A DNA stretch of 64,000 nucleotides, taken from assembly GCA_051882195.1 (NCBI GenBank), contig JBJERI010000034.1:252-64251 (forward strand), written 5' to 3'. This document shows, piece by piece, positions 34,936 to 44,491 of the stretch (positions are counted from its first letter, which is position 1; each line of letters starts with the position of its first letter). Below the pieces are notes generated by a model, which saw only the letters and a list, made by a program, of their open reading frames with translations, had not been told where the DNA came from and made no database searches. A program made the position numbers and the translations under genes. The stretch comes from Ruminiclostridium sp. GTDB lineage: Bacteria > Bacillota > Clostridia > Oscillospirales > Ruminococcaceae.

Positions 34936-36654
34936 ATGAAGAAATTATGGGCGGTTTTTGCCGCATTGTTTATTATAGTATTCACCCTTGCAGCCCCCGT
35001 TTCTGCGGAAAGCAGCACTCTTTCTGCGGCGGAAAAAGCGGTTTTGTGGGTGAAAGCTCAGTACGGCACGAAGGGCGATTCTCCCCTTATAAACAGCGCT
35101 TTTTGTGAAAATGCAGGCAAGCCCGAGGGGGACTGGTATGTTATTGCGCTGAAAAAGCTGGGGCTTGAGGATAACTATGGGGATTACCTTTCGGCGCTGA
35201 CGGACTATATTTCAGGGAAATATGCCGAGGGAACGGAAAACAGCCTTAACCCCACCGACTATTACCGCATGATAATCGCAATTAAAGCCTGCGGCGGCGA
35301 CCCTTGTAACGTCGGCGGAACTGACCTTGTTGCCGACAGAATATTCTGCCTTGAAAATCCTGCAAAGCAGGGAATAAACGGCTGGATTTGGGCGCTTATT
35401 GCCCTTGACAGCGGAGATTACCCCCAGCCCGACGACGCACTTAACACAAAAGAAAAAATCATTGACGAAATCCTTGCAAAGCAGCTGCCCGACGGGGGCT
35501 TTGCAATGACGGGCACAAAGGCAGACCCGGACGTTACCGCTATGGCGCTGCAAGCCCTTGCACCTTATTATTATAAGGAGGGCTTTGAAAACGTAACTGC
35601 GGCGATTGAAAAAGCTGTGGACTGCCTTAGCAAAATTCAGCTCCAAAACGGCGGTTATTCAAGCTGGGGCGTTGAAAATTCCGAAAGCGCCTCTCAGGTT
35701 GTAATCTCCCTTTGCTCTCTTGGAATAAGCCCCGAGGACAGTGGCTTTACCAAGGACAAATCCCTTTTTGCGGAGCTGCTTTCCTATCAGCTTTCCGACG
35801 GGGGCTTTGCTCATATCAAGGGGGACGAAAAAGGCGCAGACATTACCGCAAGGCAGGCTTTGCTTGCTCTTACGGCGGTACAGCTTCTTGAAAAGGGCGA
35901 AAGGCTGTATGATTTTTCGGCTGACGGTACGGCGGAAAGCGGTACTGACAATTCGGACGGCACAGCGAACAATGCCGAAATTTCAGACGAAACCGCCGCC
36001 CGCATTTCCGAAAATATCACCCCCGATTATCGCCCCATAATAGCAGTATGCGTCAGCGCCGTGCTTCTGATCGCCCTTGCCGCCGTAATAGGAGTAAGCG
36101 TGAAAAAACAGCTTGGAAAGCGCAGTATTCTCACAGGCATTATTGTAATTATGGTTCTTGGCTTTATTTCGGGCTGGCTTATCTATGGCGTAAAATATCA
36201 GTCCGTTGAGGACTATTACCTTGAACACATTGACGATATAACCGAGGACAGCGAAACCGTATTTTTAAGCATAAACTGCTCCACCGTACTTGACAATTTG
36301 GAAAGCCTTGACAAGGGCCTTGAAAGGTATGTGGGAAACGGGGAGATACTGCCAAAAACGGAGTATGTTCTCCGTGAAAAGGACACAGCTTACGACCTTT
36401 TGCTCCGTGCTGTGCGGTATAACAAAATACAGCTTGAACACAAGGAAAACGGCTATATAATGGGCATAAACTACCTTTACGAGTTTTCCTGCGGAGAGCT
36501 TTCGGGGTGGATGTACAGGGTAAACGGGGAGTTTCCCACTGTTTCCTGCGCCGATTACGTCCTTTCAGACGGAGATTATGTGGAATGGGTTTATACCTGC
36601 GATTTAGGCAGAGATGTAGGCGATAATTATTATATGGAGGCGCAAGTTGAGTAG
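34936..36654 (+). CDS. Secreted alpha/alpha-toroid (prenyltransferase/squalene-oxidase-repeat-like) domain + 2 TM + C-terminal DUF4430-like domain
   Basis: Signal peptide MKKLWAVFAALFIIVFTLAAPVSA. Repeats QLPDGGFAMTG, QNGGYSSWG and QLSDGGFAHIKG. Two TM helices, then a C-terminal ~130 aa (..GWMYRVNGEFP..DGDYVEWVYT) resembling DUF4430. The start at 34936 follows an AAAGGA SD. Confidence 0.75.
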   Translation: MKKLWAVFAALFIIVFTLAAPVSAESSTLSAAEKAVLWVKAQYGTKGDSPLINSAFCENAGKPEGDWYVIALKKLGLEDNYGDYLSALTDYISGKYAEGTENSLNPTDYYRMIIAIKACGGDPCNVGGTDLVADRIFCLENPAKQGINGWIWALIALDSGDYPQPDDALNTKEKIIDEILAKQLPDGGFAMTGTKADPDVTAMALQALAPYYYKEGFENVTAAIEKAVDCLSKIQLQNGGYSSWGVENSESASQVVISLCSLGISPEDSGFTKDKSLFAELLSYQLSDGGFAHIKGDEKGADITARQALLALTAVQLLEKGERLYDFSADGTAESGTDNSDGTANNAEISDETAARISENITPDYRPIIAVCVSAVLLIALAAVIGVSVKKQLGKRSILTGIIVIMVLGFISGWLIYGVKYQSVEDYYLEHIDDITEDSETVFLSINCSTVLDNLESLDKGLERYVGNGEILPKTEYVLREKDTAYDLLLRAVRYNKIQLEHKENGYIMGINYLYEFSCGELSGWMYRVNGEFPTVSCADYVLSDGDYVEWVYTCDLGRDVGDNYYMEAQVE

Positions 36655-37507
36655 GCTTCACCCTTTGACTTTATTCTGTTATTTTGCGGCGGTGCTGATA
36701 TTTGCAATGTTCACCCCAAACCCTGTTATTCAGACGGAAGCTCTTATGGGAGCAGGTCTTTTTCTTTGCTTTACAAGCTCCGCAAAGGAAAATTTCCGCT
36801 CCGCCCTGTTTTATTTTCTGCTGATTATCCTTGTGGGAATTTCCAACCCCCTTTTCTCCCACAACGGCACAACTCCCCTGTTTTTTATGAACGGAAACGC
36901 CGTTACCCTTGAAGCAATCGCCTATGGCTTTTTCGGGGGAATAATGCTTGCAGGAGTAATGCTGTGGTGCAAAAGCCTTACACATCTTATGACAAGCGAT
37001 AAGGTTATATACCTTTTCGGGCGGATAATTCCCTCCCTGTCCCTTATTTTAAGCATGACCCTGCGGTTTGTACCCTTGTTCAAAAAGGAGATAAGGCAGA
37101 TAAAAATGGCTCATAAGGGGCTTGGAATGTATTCGGGGGGTAAGCTTGCGGGGGCGGTGAGAGTTTTTTCCGCTATGGTAAGCCGCGCCCTTGAAAACAG
37201 CGTAATAACCGCAATGTCCATGAAAGCAAGGGGCTACGGCTTAAAGGGCAGAACAAGCTTTTCCCTTTTCAGAGCAGGAAAGCAGGATATAATCACGGGG
37301 TTGCTTTTGCTTATTTTAAGCGGCGCAATAATCGGGTCGGCGGCAGCAGGCTGCCTTGATTTCGGCTTTTATCCCGAGATTACCCCTTTGCCCCTTAATT
37401 TGGGAGCAATAAGCGGTTATGTTTCTTTCGGCATTATTGCCTTGCTCCCTTTCCTTATTGAAGTCAAGGAGAATGTAAAATGGCGCTTTTTAATATCGAA
37501 AATTTAA
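36647..37507 (+). CDS. ecfT: ECF transporter transmembrane (T) component
   Basis: 286-aa polytopic protein, EcfT/CbiQ-like. TTG start after a GGAGG SD, overlapping the upstream stop. Confidence 0.85.
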   Translation: MSRLHPLTLFCYFAAVLIFAMFTPNPVIQTEALMGAGLFLCFTSSAKENFRSALFYFLLIILVGISNPLFSHNGTTPLFFMNGNAVTLEAIAYGFFGGIMLAGVMLWCKSLTHLMTSDKVIYLFGRIIPSLSLILSMTLRFVPLFKKEIRQIKMAHKGLGMYSGGKLAGAVRVFSAMVSRALENSVITAMSMKARGYGLKGRTSFSLFRAGKQDIITGLLLLILSGAIIGSAAAGCLDFGFYPEITPLPLNLGAISGYVSFGIIALLPFLIEVKENVKWRFLISKI

Positions 37508-39150
37508 GCTTTACCTATTCAGGACAGGAAAGCCCTGTCCTTGACAATATTTCCCTTGACATTAACGAGGGGGAATTTATCGTCCTTTGCGGGCAATCGG
37601 GCTGCGGCAAGACAACCCTGCTTAAAACCTTAAAAAATCAGCTTCGCCCAAAAGGAGAAATCAGCGGCAAAATCACCTATCGGGGAAAAGACGTTACCGC
37701 CCTTAACGAGCGTGTTTCTGCGGCGGAAATAGGCTTTGTGCTGCAAAATCCCGAAAATCAGATTGTTACCGACAGGGTTTGGCACGAGCTTAGCTTCGGA
37801 CTTGAAAGCCTTGGGGCTGACCGCAATTTTATCCGCCGCCGTGTAAGCGAAACCGCCTCCTTTTTCGGTATGGAAAAGCTTTTCAGAGCCGAAACCGCTC
37901 TCCTTTCGGGAGGACAAAAGCAGCTTTTGAGCCTTGCCTCTGTTATGGTAATGTCCCCTAAAGTGCTGCTTCTCGACGAGCCTACTTCACAGCTTGACCC
38001 CATAGCCGCCGCCGAATTTATAGGCACGCTGAACAAGATAAACAAGGAATTCGGCACGGCAATAGTAATTGCGGAGCACCGCCTTGAAGAGCTTTTCCCA
38101 GTCTGCGACAGAGCGGTGGTAATGGAAAAGGGCAGGATAATCGCAGACGATACGCCCCGAAATGTGTGCCAAGGTCTTGACAAAAATCACCCTATGATTT
38201 GCTCAATGCCAAGCGCAGTGCGTATTTATGCCATGAGCGGCGGCGAGGGGACTTGCCCCCTTACGGTAAAGGAGGGCAGGAGGTACCTTGGGGAAAATGC
38301 AAAAAACCGCATACGCTCTCTGACCGTAAAAAAGCCTGATACCAATACCGAAACGGCGGTTGAAATGAAGGACGTTTGGTTCAGATACAGCCGCAAGAGC
38401 GCTGATATTCTGCGAGGGGTTTCCCTTAAAATAAACAAGGGGGAGATTTACACAATCTTAGGCGGCAACGGCTCGGGAAAAACCACAACCCTTAACGTTA
38501 TGGCGGCTCTCCTTAAAGGGTACAGCGGCACGGTGCGTATTTTCGGCAAAAAAATAACCGACTACGGCGGCAATTCCCTTTACAGACAGAATATTTCCTC
38601 GTTGCCCCAAAATCCCTCACTTGTTTTCCTGAAGGATACCGTTAAAGAGGATTTTGAGGATATATGCGCTGTCTGCGGCTATGACGAAAGCGAAAGGAAT
38701 AAAATAATCGGGGAAACCGCCGAAAAGCTGGAAATAACCCATCTTCTGCACCGTCACCCCTTTGATTTAAGCGGCGGCGAGCAGCAGAAATGCGCCATTG
38801 CAAAAAGTTTGCTGACCAAGCCCAAAATCCTGCTTATGGACGAGCCTACAAAGGGCATTGACGCTTTCGCAAAAAACAGTCTTTCGAGCATTATAAGAGG
38901 GCTGAAAGCCGAGGGAGTTACGGTGGTTATCGTTTCCCACGATGTGGAATTTGCGGGGGAAATTTCCGACCGCTGTGCAATGTTCTTTGACGGAGAAATA
39001 ATCTGCGAGGACAGAGCCGCCGAATTTTTCAGCGGAAACAGCTACTATACAACCGCCGCAAACCGCATTACAAGAGGCTTTTACGACAACGCCGTTACCT
39101 GCTCTCAGGCGGCGGAGCTTATTCGGCTCAACGGAGAAAAGAATGGCTAA
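37480..39150 (+). CDS. ecfA: Fused tandem ECF ATPase (EcfA1-EcfA2-like)
   Basis: 556 aa with two ABC cassettes (GQSGCGKTT / LSGGQKQ / LLLDEP and GGNGSGKTT / LSGGEQQ / LLMDEP). Confidence 0.92.
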   Translation: MALFNIENLSFTYSGQESPVLDNISLDINEGEFIVLCGQSGCGKTTLLKTLKNQLRPKGEISGKITYRGKDVTALNERVSAAEIGFVLQNPENQIVTDRVWHELSFGLESLGADRNFIRRRVSETASFFGMEKLFRAETALLSGGQKQLLSLASVMVMSPKVLLLDEPTSQLDPIAAAEFIGTLNKINKEFGTAIVIAEHRLEELFPVCDRAVVMEKGRIIADDTPRNVCQGLDKNHPMICSMPSAVRIYAMSGGEGTCPLTVKEGRRYLGENAKNRIRSLTVKKPDTNTETAVEMKDVWFRYSRKSADILRGVSLKINKGEIYTILGGNGSGKTTTLNVMAALLKGYSGTVRIFGKKITDYGGNSLYRQNISSLPQNPSLVFLKDTVKEDFEDICAVCGYDESERNKIIGETAEKLEITHLLHRHPFDLSGGEQQKCAIAKSLLTKPKILLMDEPTKGIDAFAKNSLSSIIRGLKAEGVTVVIVSHDVEFAGEISDRCAMFFDGEIICEDRAAEFFSGNSYYTTAANRITRGFYDNAVTCSQAAELIRLNGEKNG

Positions 39151-39817
39151 AAACATTATAAGATACGGAATATGGTTTCTGCTTATTCCCGTGACGGTTT
39201 TTTTGGGAGTAACGGTTTTTGAGGACAGACAATACGCTTTTATTTCAATTGCGGTGGCAATCCTTGCAATAATTCCCTTGCTGATGTCCTTTGAAAAGCG
39301 CACTCACAAAACCACGGAGCTGGTAGTAATTGCGGCTATGACTGCAATTTCGGTGCTGGGACGGTTTATTTTTGCGGCAATCCCCGCATTCAAGCCCGTG
39401 ACTGCCGTTGTAATAATCACCGCCATGTATTTAGGCGGCGAGGCAGGCTTTGTAACGGGCGCACTTTCCGCTTTTATCTCAAACTTCTATTTCGGACAAG
39501 GCCCATGGACACCTTTTCAGATGTTTATTTGGGGCTTTATCGGGCTTATTGCAGGACTGCTTGCCAATCCGCTTAAAAGGAGCAAGATTATACTCTGCGT
39601 ATACGGCGTTCTTGCAGGAATCGTCTTTTCCCTGTTTATGGACGTGTGGGGAGTAATGTGGTTTGACGGGGTTTTCAACATAGAGCGCTATCTTGCAGCG
39701 CTGATAACCGCAATTCCCTATACCGCAATTTACGGCGTTTCCAACGTGATTTTCCTGCTTTTGCTGGGGAAGCTGCTGGGGAAAAGGCTTGACAGGATAA
39801 AGACAAAATACATTTAG
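39143..39817 (+). CDS. ECF transporter S (substrate-capture) component, specificity unknown
   Basis: 224 aa with about 6 TM helices. It overlaps the ecfA stop by 8 nt and is the last gene of the operon. Confidence 0.75.
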   Translation: MAKNIIRYGIWFLLIPVTVFLGVTVFEDRQYAFISIAVAILAIIPLLMSFEKRTHKTTELVVIAAMTAISVLGRFIFAAIPAFKPVTAVVIITAMYLGGEAGFVTGALSAFISNFYFGQGPWTPFQMFIWGFIGLIAGLLANPLKRSKIILCVYGVLAGIVFSLFMDVWGVMWFDGVFNIERYLAALITAIPYTAIYGVSNVIFLLLLGKLLGKRLDRIKTKYI

Positions 39818-39823
39818 ATTGTT

Positions 39824-40345
39824 GGGGGCTGCTCGCTCCCTTTTTTTACCCCCGTTTTGTGTTTGTTTGTATTTGTGAGTTGGTGGAGAGGGGGCTACTC
39901 GCCCCCTTTCAACCAGCATAAAAACAAAGCAAAAAAAGCAACAACATTACCACTTCCGCCAACAACTTTAAAAAAGCATAAACCCCTATTGCAGTTACCA
40001 AAAACAAAATTCTTCTACACCAACATTTGACAACCATAAACACCCCTTGAAACTCGCAAAGCGAGTTTCACAAAGCCTCTCGCGGCGCATGAGCGAGTGC
40101 ATTTCTTTCCCCATTTCTTTGGGCAATCAAAGAAATGGGCGAGGGGTTATTGCTCCACTATAACTAAATCCAAGGCTATCAAGGGGGCGAGTAGCCCCCT
40201 TTTAACCAACTTAAAAACCCAAACCAACATAAAACGGTGGGGCAAAAAAAGGGGGCTGCTCGCCCCCTTACAACCAACTTACGAAAACATCAAACAAAAA
40301 AGGGTTTGAAAAGGGTACTCCCTTTTCGCTCGGCGGCGTGAAGCC
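39824..40345. repeat. Second large copy of the hairpin-chain foldback repeat, carrying a single core unit
   Basis: Hairpins at 39824-39840, 39890-39906, 40183-40199 and 40251-40267. The unit 39907-40199 is homologous to 30799-31120 and 31121-31445. Confidence 0.8.
40041..40150. other. Conserved three-hairpin core, copy C
   Basis: CACCCCTTGAAACTCGCAAAGCGAGTTTC...CCCATTTCTTTGGGCAATCAAAGAAATGGGCGAGGGGTTAT. Confidence 0.4.
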
Positions 40346-40349
40346 CCCA

Positions 40350-40384
40350 ACAACAAAAAATCCGTCCAAAAGGACGGATTTTCT
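40350..40384 (-). terminator. Intrinsic terminator after the GH130 gene
   Basis: AAATCCGTCC-aaaa-GGACGGATTT, followed on the minus strand by TTTTTTGTTG. Confidence 0.75.
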
Positions 40385-40418
40385 GCTGTATGAAGATTTT
40401 GAAGATTTGGAAATTCAA

Positions 40419-41417
40419 TCAAACGGAGCTGTGTGACTTAACGTAGTCAACAACGTCGTCAACTGTTGTGAACGCCATGCTTACGCAGGTGTCTGCACAG
40501 CCGTAGTAAATTGCAATTCTGCCTGTATCAGCATCGCAGAGAGCAGCGCATGGGAATGTAACATTCTGAACGTCGCCAACGCACTCGTAGTATTCACGGG
40601 GGTTGATGAGGTATTCAGCGCATCTGTACTTAACAACCCAAGGCTTGTCAATGTCGAGAATAGCAGCGGAGAAGCTGTAAACATAGCCGTTGCAGCTCTG
40701 GAGAACGCCGTGATAGAAGATAAGCCAGCCCTCGCTTGTTTCAATCGGAATAGGACCTGCGCCGATCTTTAAGGACTCCCAGCCCTTGTTAGGAGCCATA
40801 ACGTGTCTGTGTTCGCCCCAGTACTTCATATCGGGGGACTGTGACAGGTACATATCGCCGAAAGGTGTGTGGCCTGAGTCGGAAGGACGGCTGAACATTA
40901 CATACTTGCCGTTGATCTTTCTTGGGAAGAGAACGCCGTTTCTGTTGAATGGGAGGAATGCGTTTTCGCACTGGTGGAATTCCTTGAAATCCTTTGTCCA
41001 GCCCACGCCGATTGTTGGCTTCCAGCCGTAAGCGTTGCACCATGTAATCCAGTATCTGTCCTCAATCCATACGCAGCGTGGGTCGTAGCCGTACTGCCAT
41101 GGGTTAGCTGCAGCTGTTTCGGGGTCGTCGTTGATCCATTCAACCTTGTTTTCGTTGATGTTCCAGTGAATACCGTCGTCGGAGAAGCCTGCGTGGATAG
41201 CCATATTTCTTTCCTTGTCGTCAACACGGAAAACGCCTGCGAACTTGCCGTTGAAAGGAACAACAGCGCTGTTGAAGATAGAGTTGCTGGTTGGGAGCAG
41301 ATCTCTTGGAATAATGGGGTTGTTGGTAGCACGCCAGATTACGTCCTTGCAGCCCTCGGGCTTGTCCTGCCATGGAAGATTGGGGATAGACTTTTCACCA
41401 ATGATTTTTACCTTCAT
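40419..41417 (-). CDS. Glycoside hydrolase family 130 (beta-mannoside phosphorylase-like)
   Basis: 332 aa. IPNLPWQDKP...IWRATNNPIIPRD...NSAVVPFNGKFAGVFRVDD is typical of GH130 five-bladed propeller enzymes. Confidence 0.85.
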   Translation of the reverse strand: MKVKIIGEKSIPNLPWQDKPEGCKDVIWRATNNPIIPRDLLPTSNSIFNSAVVPFNGKFAGVFRVDDKERNMAIHAGFSDDGIHWNINENKVEWINDDPETAAANPWQYGYDPRCVWIEDRYWITWCNAYGWKPTIGVGWTKDFKEFHQCENAFLPFNRNGVLFPRKINGKYVMFSRPSDSGHTPFGDMYLSQSPDMKYWGEHRHVMAPNKGWESLKIGAGPIPIETSEGWLIFYHGVLQSCNGYVYSFSAAILDIDKPWVVKYRCAEYLINPREYYECVGDVQNVTFPCAALCDADTGRIAIYYGCADTCVSMAFTTVDDVVDYVKSHSSV

Positions 41418-41508
41418 AGTTTACCTCTTTCATTAACTTTTTTACTTTACAGCGGTAAGAGGCGTCGCTCTCAACCGCAAAATTTACTGAATATTTATCA
41501 ACAACCTT

Positions 41509-41538
41509 ATTATAACATAGTGGTTTTGCACTTGTCAA
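41509..41538 (-). promoter_or_regulatory. Candidate sigma-A promoter for the GH130 gene
   Basis: Minus strand: TTGACA, 18-nt spacer, TGtTATAAT. Confidence 0.5.
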
Positions 41539-41594
41539 GGGGTTTTGAAATATTTTTTAATTTATTTTTTACTTAAATTATAGAGTAAATAAAG

Positions 41595-43037
41595 TTAAAT
41601 AACAATGCTCATATATTTATCAAGCTTTTGCTGTCTGTTTTCGGCGTCTGCCGGTTCGTAAACTCTTGAGCTGCCGCTTTTTCTCATAATGGAACGGGCG
41701 GTATGAACATCGGGTATCTCCCCTAATTTAATAAGTGCGCTGATTGAGTTGCCCTCGGCGGTTGCCTCGCTGGGGCCTGCGCAGACGGTTCTGCCTGTTG
41801 CGTTGGCGGTAAGGCGGCACAAAAGCTCGTCCTTAGAGCCGCCTCCGAACATATAGACGGTGGGATAGGTTTTGCCCGTCAGCTTTTCAATGCCCTTTAG
41901 CGTTCTGGCAAATTCAAGGGAAAGGCTTTCGTAAATCACTCGGAGGGTCTGCCCCACGGATTTTGGCACAGTCTGTCCCGTGCGCTCACAGTAATGGCGG
42001 ATTTTTTCGGGCATATTTCCCGGCTCCGCAAAATCCTCAGCGTTGGGGTTAATGTATGAGCCGATTGAAACGGCGGATTTTGCAAAGGCTTCAAGCTGGT
42101 CGTAGGTGAAAATGTCTCCCTGCTCCTGATAATAGCGCTTGCACTCCTGAATAAGCCACATTCCCATAATATTTTTCAGGAAAGCGGTGGTATTGCCGTA
42201 GCCGCCCTCGTTGGTAATGCCGTAATACATAGCCTCTTCGGTGGGGATTGGCTTTTCAAGCTCCGTACCGAATAATGTCCATGTGCCGCAGCTTATAAAG
42301 GCAAAATCCTTTTCCTCGGCGGGAATTGCCACAATTGCGGAGGCGGTATCGTGGCTCGGTGCGGCAATAACAGGCACTTCCCTGCCGCAGAATTCGGGCT
42401 TTAAGTAGCCGTAAACGTCCCCTGCCCTGATAATTTCCCCGAAAAGCTTTTGAGGGAAACCAAGCTTGTCGATAAGCTCCCAGTCCCAGTCCCTTGTAAC
42501 GGGATTGATAAGCTGAGTGGTGGTTGCCTCGGTGTATTCGTTTTTGAATTCTCCCGTAAGATAATGGCAGATAACGTCGGGCATCATCAGCAGATGGTCT
42601 GCAAGGTCAAGAAGGTGGGGATTTTCCCTTTTGAGGGCATAAAGCTGATAAATGGTGTTGAACCGCATAAACTGTATGCCTGTCCGCTTGTAAAGCTCCT
42701 TTTCGCCGATTATTTCCCAAACCCTTTCGGGGATTCCCTTTGTGCGCTCATCACGGTAATGAACAGGCTTTTCCACAAATTCTCCCGTTTTGTCCATAAG
42801 AGCAAAGTCAACGCCCCATGTGTCAACGGAAACGGCGTCAAATTCTCCCGCCTTTGAAATTGCCTTTTTTACTTCCTTGAACAAATCGTCAATATCCCAG
42901 CAAAGCTTGCCAAGCACGGTAATGGGCTTGTTGGGGAAACGGTGTATTTCTTCCGAAACAATACGCTTTCCGTTGTAGCAGCAAAGCATTGCTCTTGCGG
43001 AGGAAGCGCCAAAATCAAAAACCAATACTTTTTTCAT
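41595..43037 (-). CDS. rhaB: FGGY-family sugar kinase, rhamnulokinase-like
   Basis: 480 aa. VFDFGASSARAML...HRFPN...WDID matches the rhamnulokinase N-terminus. Confidence 0.8.
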   Translation of the reverse strand: MKKVLVFDFGASSARAMLCCYNGKRIVSEEIHRFPNKPITVLGKLCWDIDDLFKEVKKAISKAGEFDAVSVDTWGVDFALMDKTGEFVEKPVHYRDERTKGIPERVWEIIGEKELYKRTGIQFMRFNTIYQLYALKRENPHLLDLADHLLMMPDVICHYLTGEFKNEYTEATTTQLINPVTRDWDWELIDKLGFPQKLFGEIIRAGDVYGYLKPEFCGREVPVIAAPSHDTASAIVAIPAEEKDFAFISCGTWTLFGTELEKPIPTEEAMYYGITNEGGYGNTTAFLKNIMGMWLIQECKRYYQEQGDIFTYDQLEAFAKSAVSIGSYINPNAEDFAEPGNMPEKIRHYCERTGQTVPKSVGQTLRVIYESLSLEFARTLKGIEKLTGKTYPTVYMFGGGSKDELLCRLTANATGRTVCAGPSEATAEGNSISALIKLGEIPDVHTARSIMRKSGSSRVYEPADAENRQQKLDKYMSIVI

Positions 43038-43049
43038 AATGCGTCCTTT

Positions 43050-43724
43050 TTAAAGAGAATATTTTTTGTAGCCCGGGTGTCTGATTGGGAAGGACTTTGC
43101 GATTTCGCAGCATTCGTCGATATTTTCCCTTGAAAGCTCCTTAGCGCCCCCAAGCTGTCTTGCAACAAGGCTTACCTTTGCGAAATGCTCCAGTGTTTCC
43201 ATGCGGTAATAAGCCTGGGTAATGTCCTTTCCTACTGTAAGTGCGCCGTGGTTCATAAGTAAAATCGTATCGTGTTCCGCAAGGAACGGTGCAACTCCGT
43301 CCGGTACGCCCTGTGAGCCGGGGGTTGCGTAGGGTGCAATGGGCACCGAGCCGAGGAAAATTATTGCCTCGGGCATTGTATAGTCGTCAAGGGGTATATG
43401 TGCGATTGCAAAGCCTGTTGCCGTTGGGGGGTGAGCGTGTACAACAGCGCCTATGTCGGGGCGCTCCTTGTAGCAGCGCAGATGCATTTTGAACTCGGAG
43501 GAGGGACGGTAGCCCTCGGGGCACTCCACAATTTCATTGTTTGCATTCATTTTGATGATCATTTCGGGAGTAAGTATGCGCTTGCTTGTTCCCGTTGGGG
43601 TTGTAAGGAAGGTGTTGTCGTCGATTTTCATTGAGATATTGCCGTCGTTTGCCGCCACAAATCCCAGCTGCCAGATAAGATGTCCTACCTCGCAGATTTG
43701 TTCTTTCATTTCATATTCAGTCAT
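43050..43724 (-). CDS. Class II aldolase/adducin-family protein (FucA/RhaD-like)
   Basis: 224 aa with a metal-binding histidine context (AVVHAHPPTATGFA). It sits next to the kinase. Confidence 0.85.
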   Translation of the reverse strand: MTEYEMKEQICEVGHLIWQLGFVAANDGNISMKIDDNTFLTTPTGTSKRILTPEMIIKMNANNEIVECPEGYRPSSEFKMHLRCYKERPDIGAVVHAHPPTATGFAIAHIPLDDYTMPEAIIFLGSVPIAPYATPGSQGVPDGVAPFLAEHDTILLMNHGALTVGKDITQAYYRMETLEHFAKVSLVARQLGGAKELSRENIDECCEIAKSFPIRHPGYKKYSL

Positions 43725-43861
43725 AATATTTCCCTTTCCTGCCGCATAATATGGATTGGCGCATTTTTATGCCGCCCGTTCTGCCAATACGACACCTACT
43801 TACATTTTATCACTATTTTTGCTCATTGTCCACAAAAAATTAAAAAAATTCGGAGGCATTT

Positions 43862-44491
43862 ATGACAATTCAGCATTATCCCTTTCAGCCCGTGGAATTA
43901 CCCTATGACTATGACGCCCTTGAACCCTTTATTGACGCCCGAACGGTTGACATTCACTACAACAAGCACTACAAGGGCTATATCGACAAGCTGAACGGCG
44001 CTCTCAAGCCCTATCCCCAGTATCACCAATGGACGCTGAAAAGGCTTATTTTCGAGTGCGGCTATCTTCCCCGTGAAATAAGGCAAACCGTTCTGCGCAG
44101 CGCAGGAGGCGTTCTCAACCACGAGCTTTATTTTTACTCAATGTGCAAGGGGAAAATAATCAGTCCCTTTATGTCGGAGCGTATCTCAGCCTGCTTCGGC
44201 TCGGCGGAAAATATGGAAAACCGCCTTGCGGAGGCGGCGGAAAGCGTTTTCGGCTCGGGCTATGCCGCCCTTATCGCCACAAAATGCGGCTGTCTGCGCC
44301 TTGTGAAGTTCTCAAATCAGGACACCTCCTATTTGCAGGAGGGTTTCCCTCTTCTGCTTATCGACGTGTGGGAGCACGCATACTATCTTAAATATACCTA
44401 CAACCGCAAGGCTTATGCGGAAAACTGGCTCAACCTCATAAACTGGGAATTTGCCGAAAAGCAGTACAGGGAGCTGTACGGTGAAAGATAG
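43862..44491 (+). CDS. sodA: Fe/Mn superoxide dismutase
   Basis: LPYDYDALEPFIDARTVDIHYNKHY and DVWEHAYYLKY motifs. Confidence 0.93.
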   Translation: MTIQHYPFQPVELPYDYDALEPFIDARTVDIHYNKHYKGYIDKLNGALKPYPQYHQWTLKRLIFECGYLPREIRQTVLRSAGGVLNHELYFYSMCKGKIISPFMSERISACFGSAENMENRLAEAAESVFGSGYAALIATKCGCLRLVKFSNQDTSYLQEGFPLLLIDVWEHAYYLKYTYNRKAYAENWLNLINWEFAEKQYRELYGER

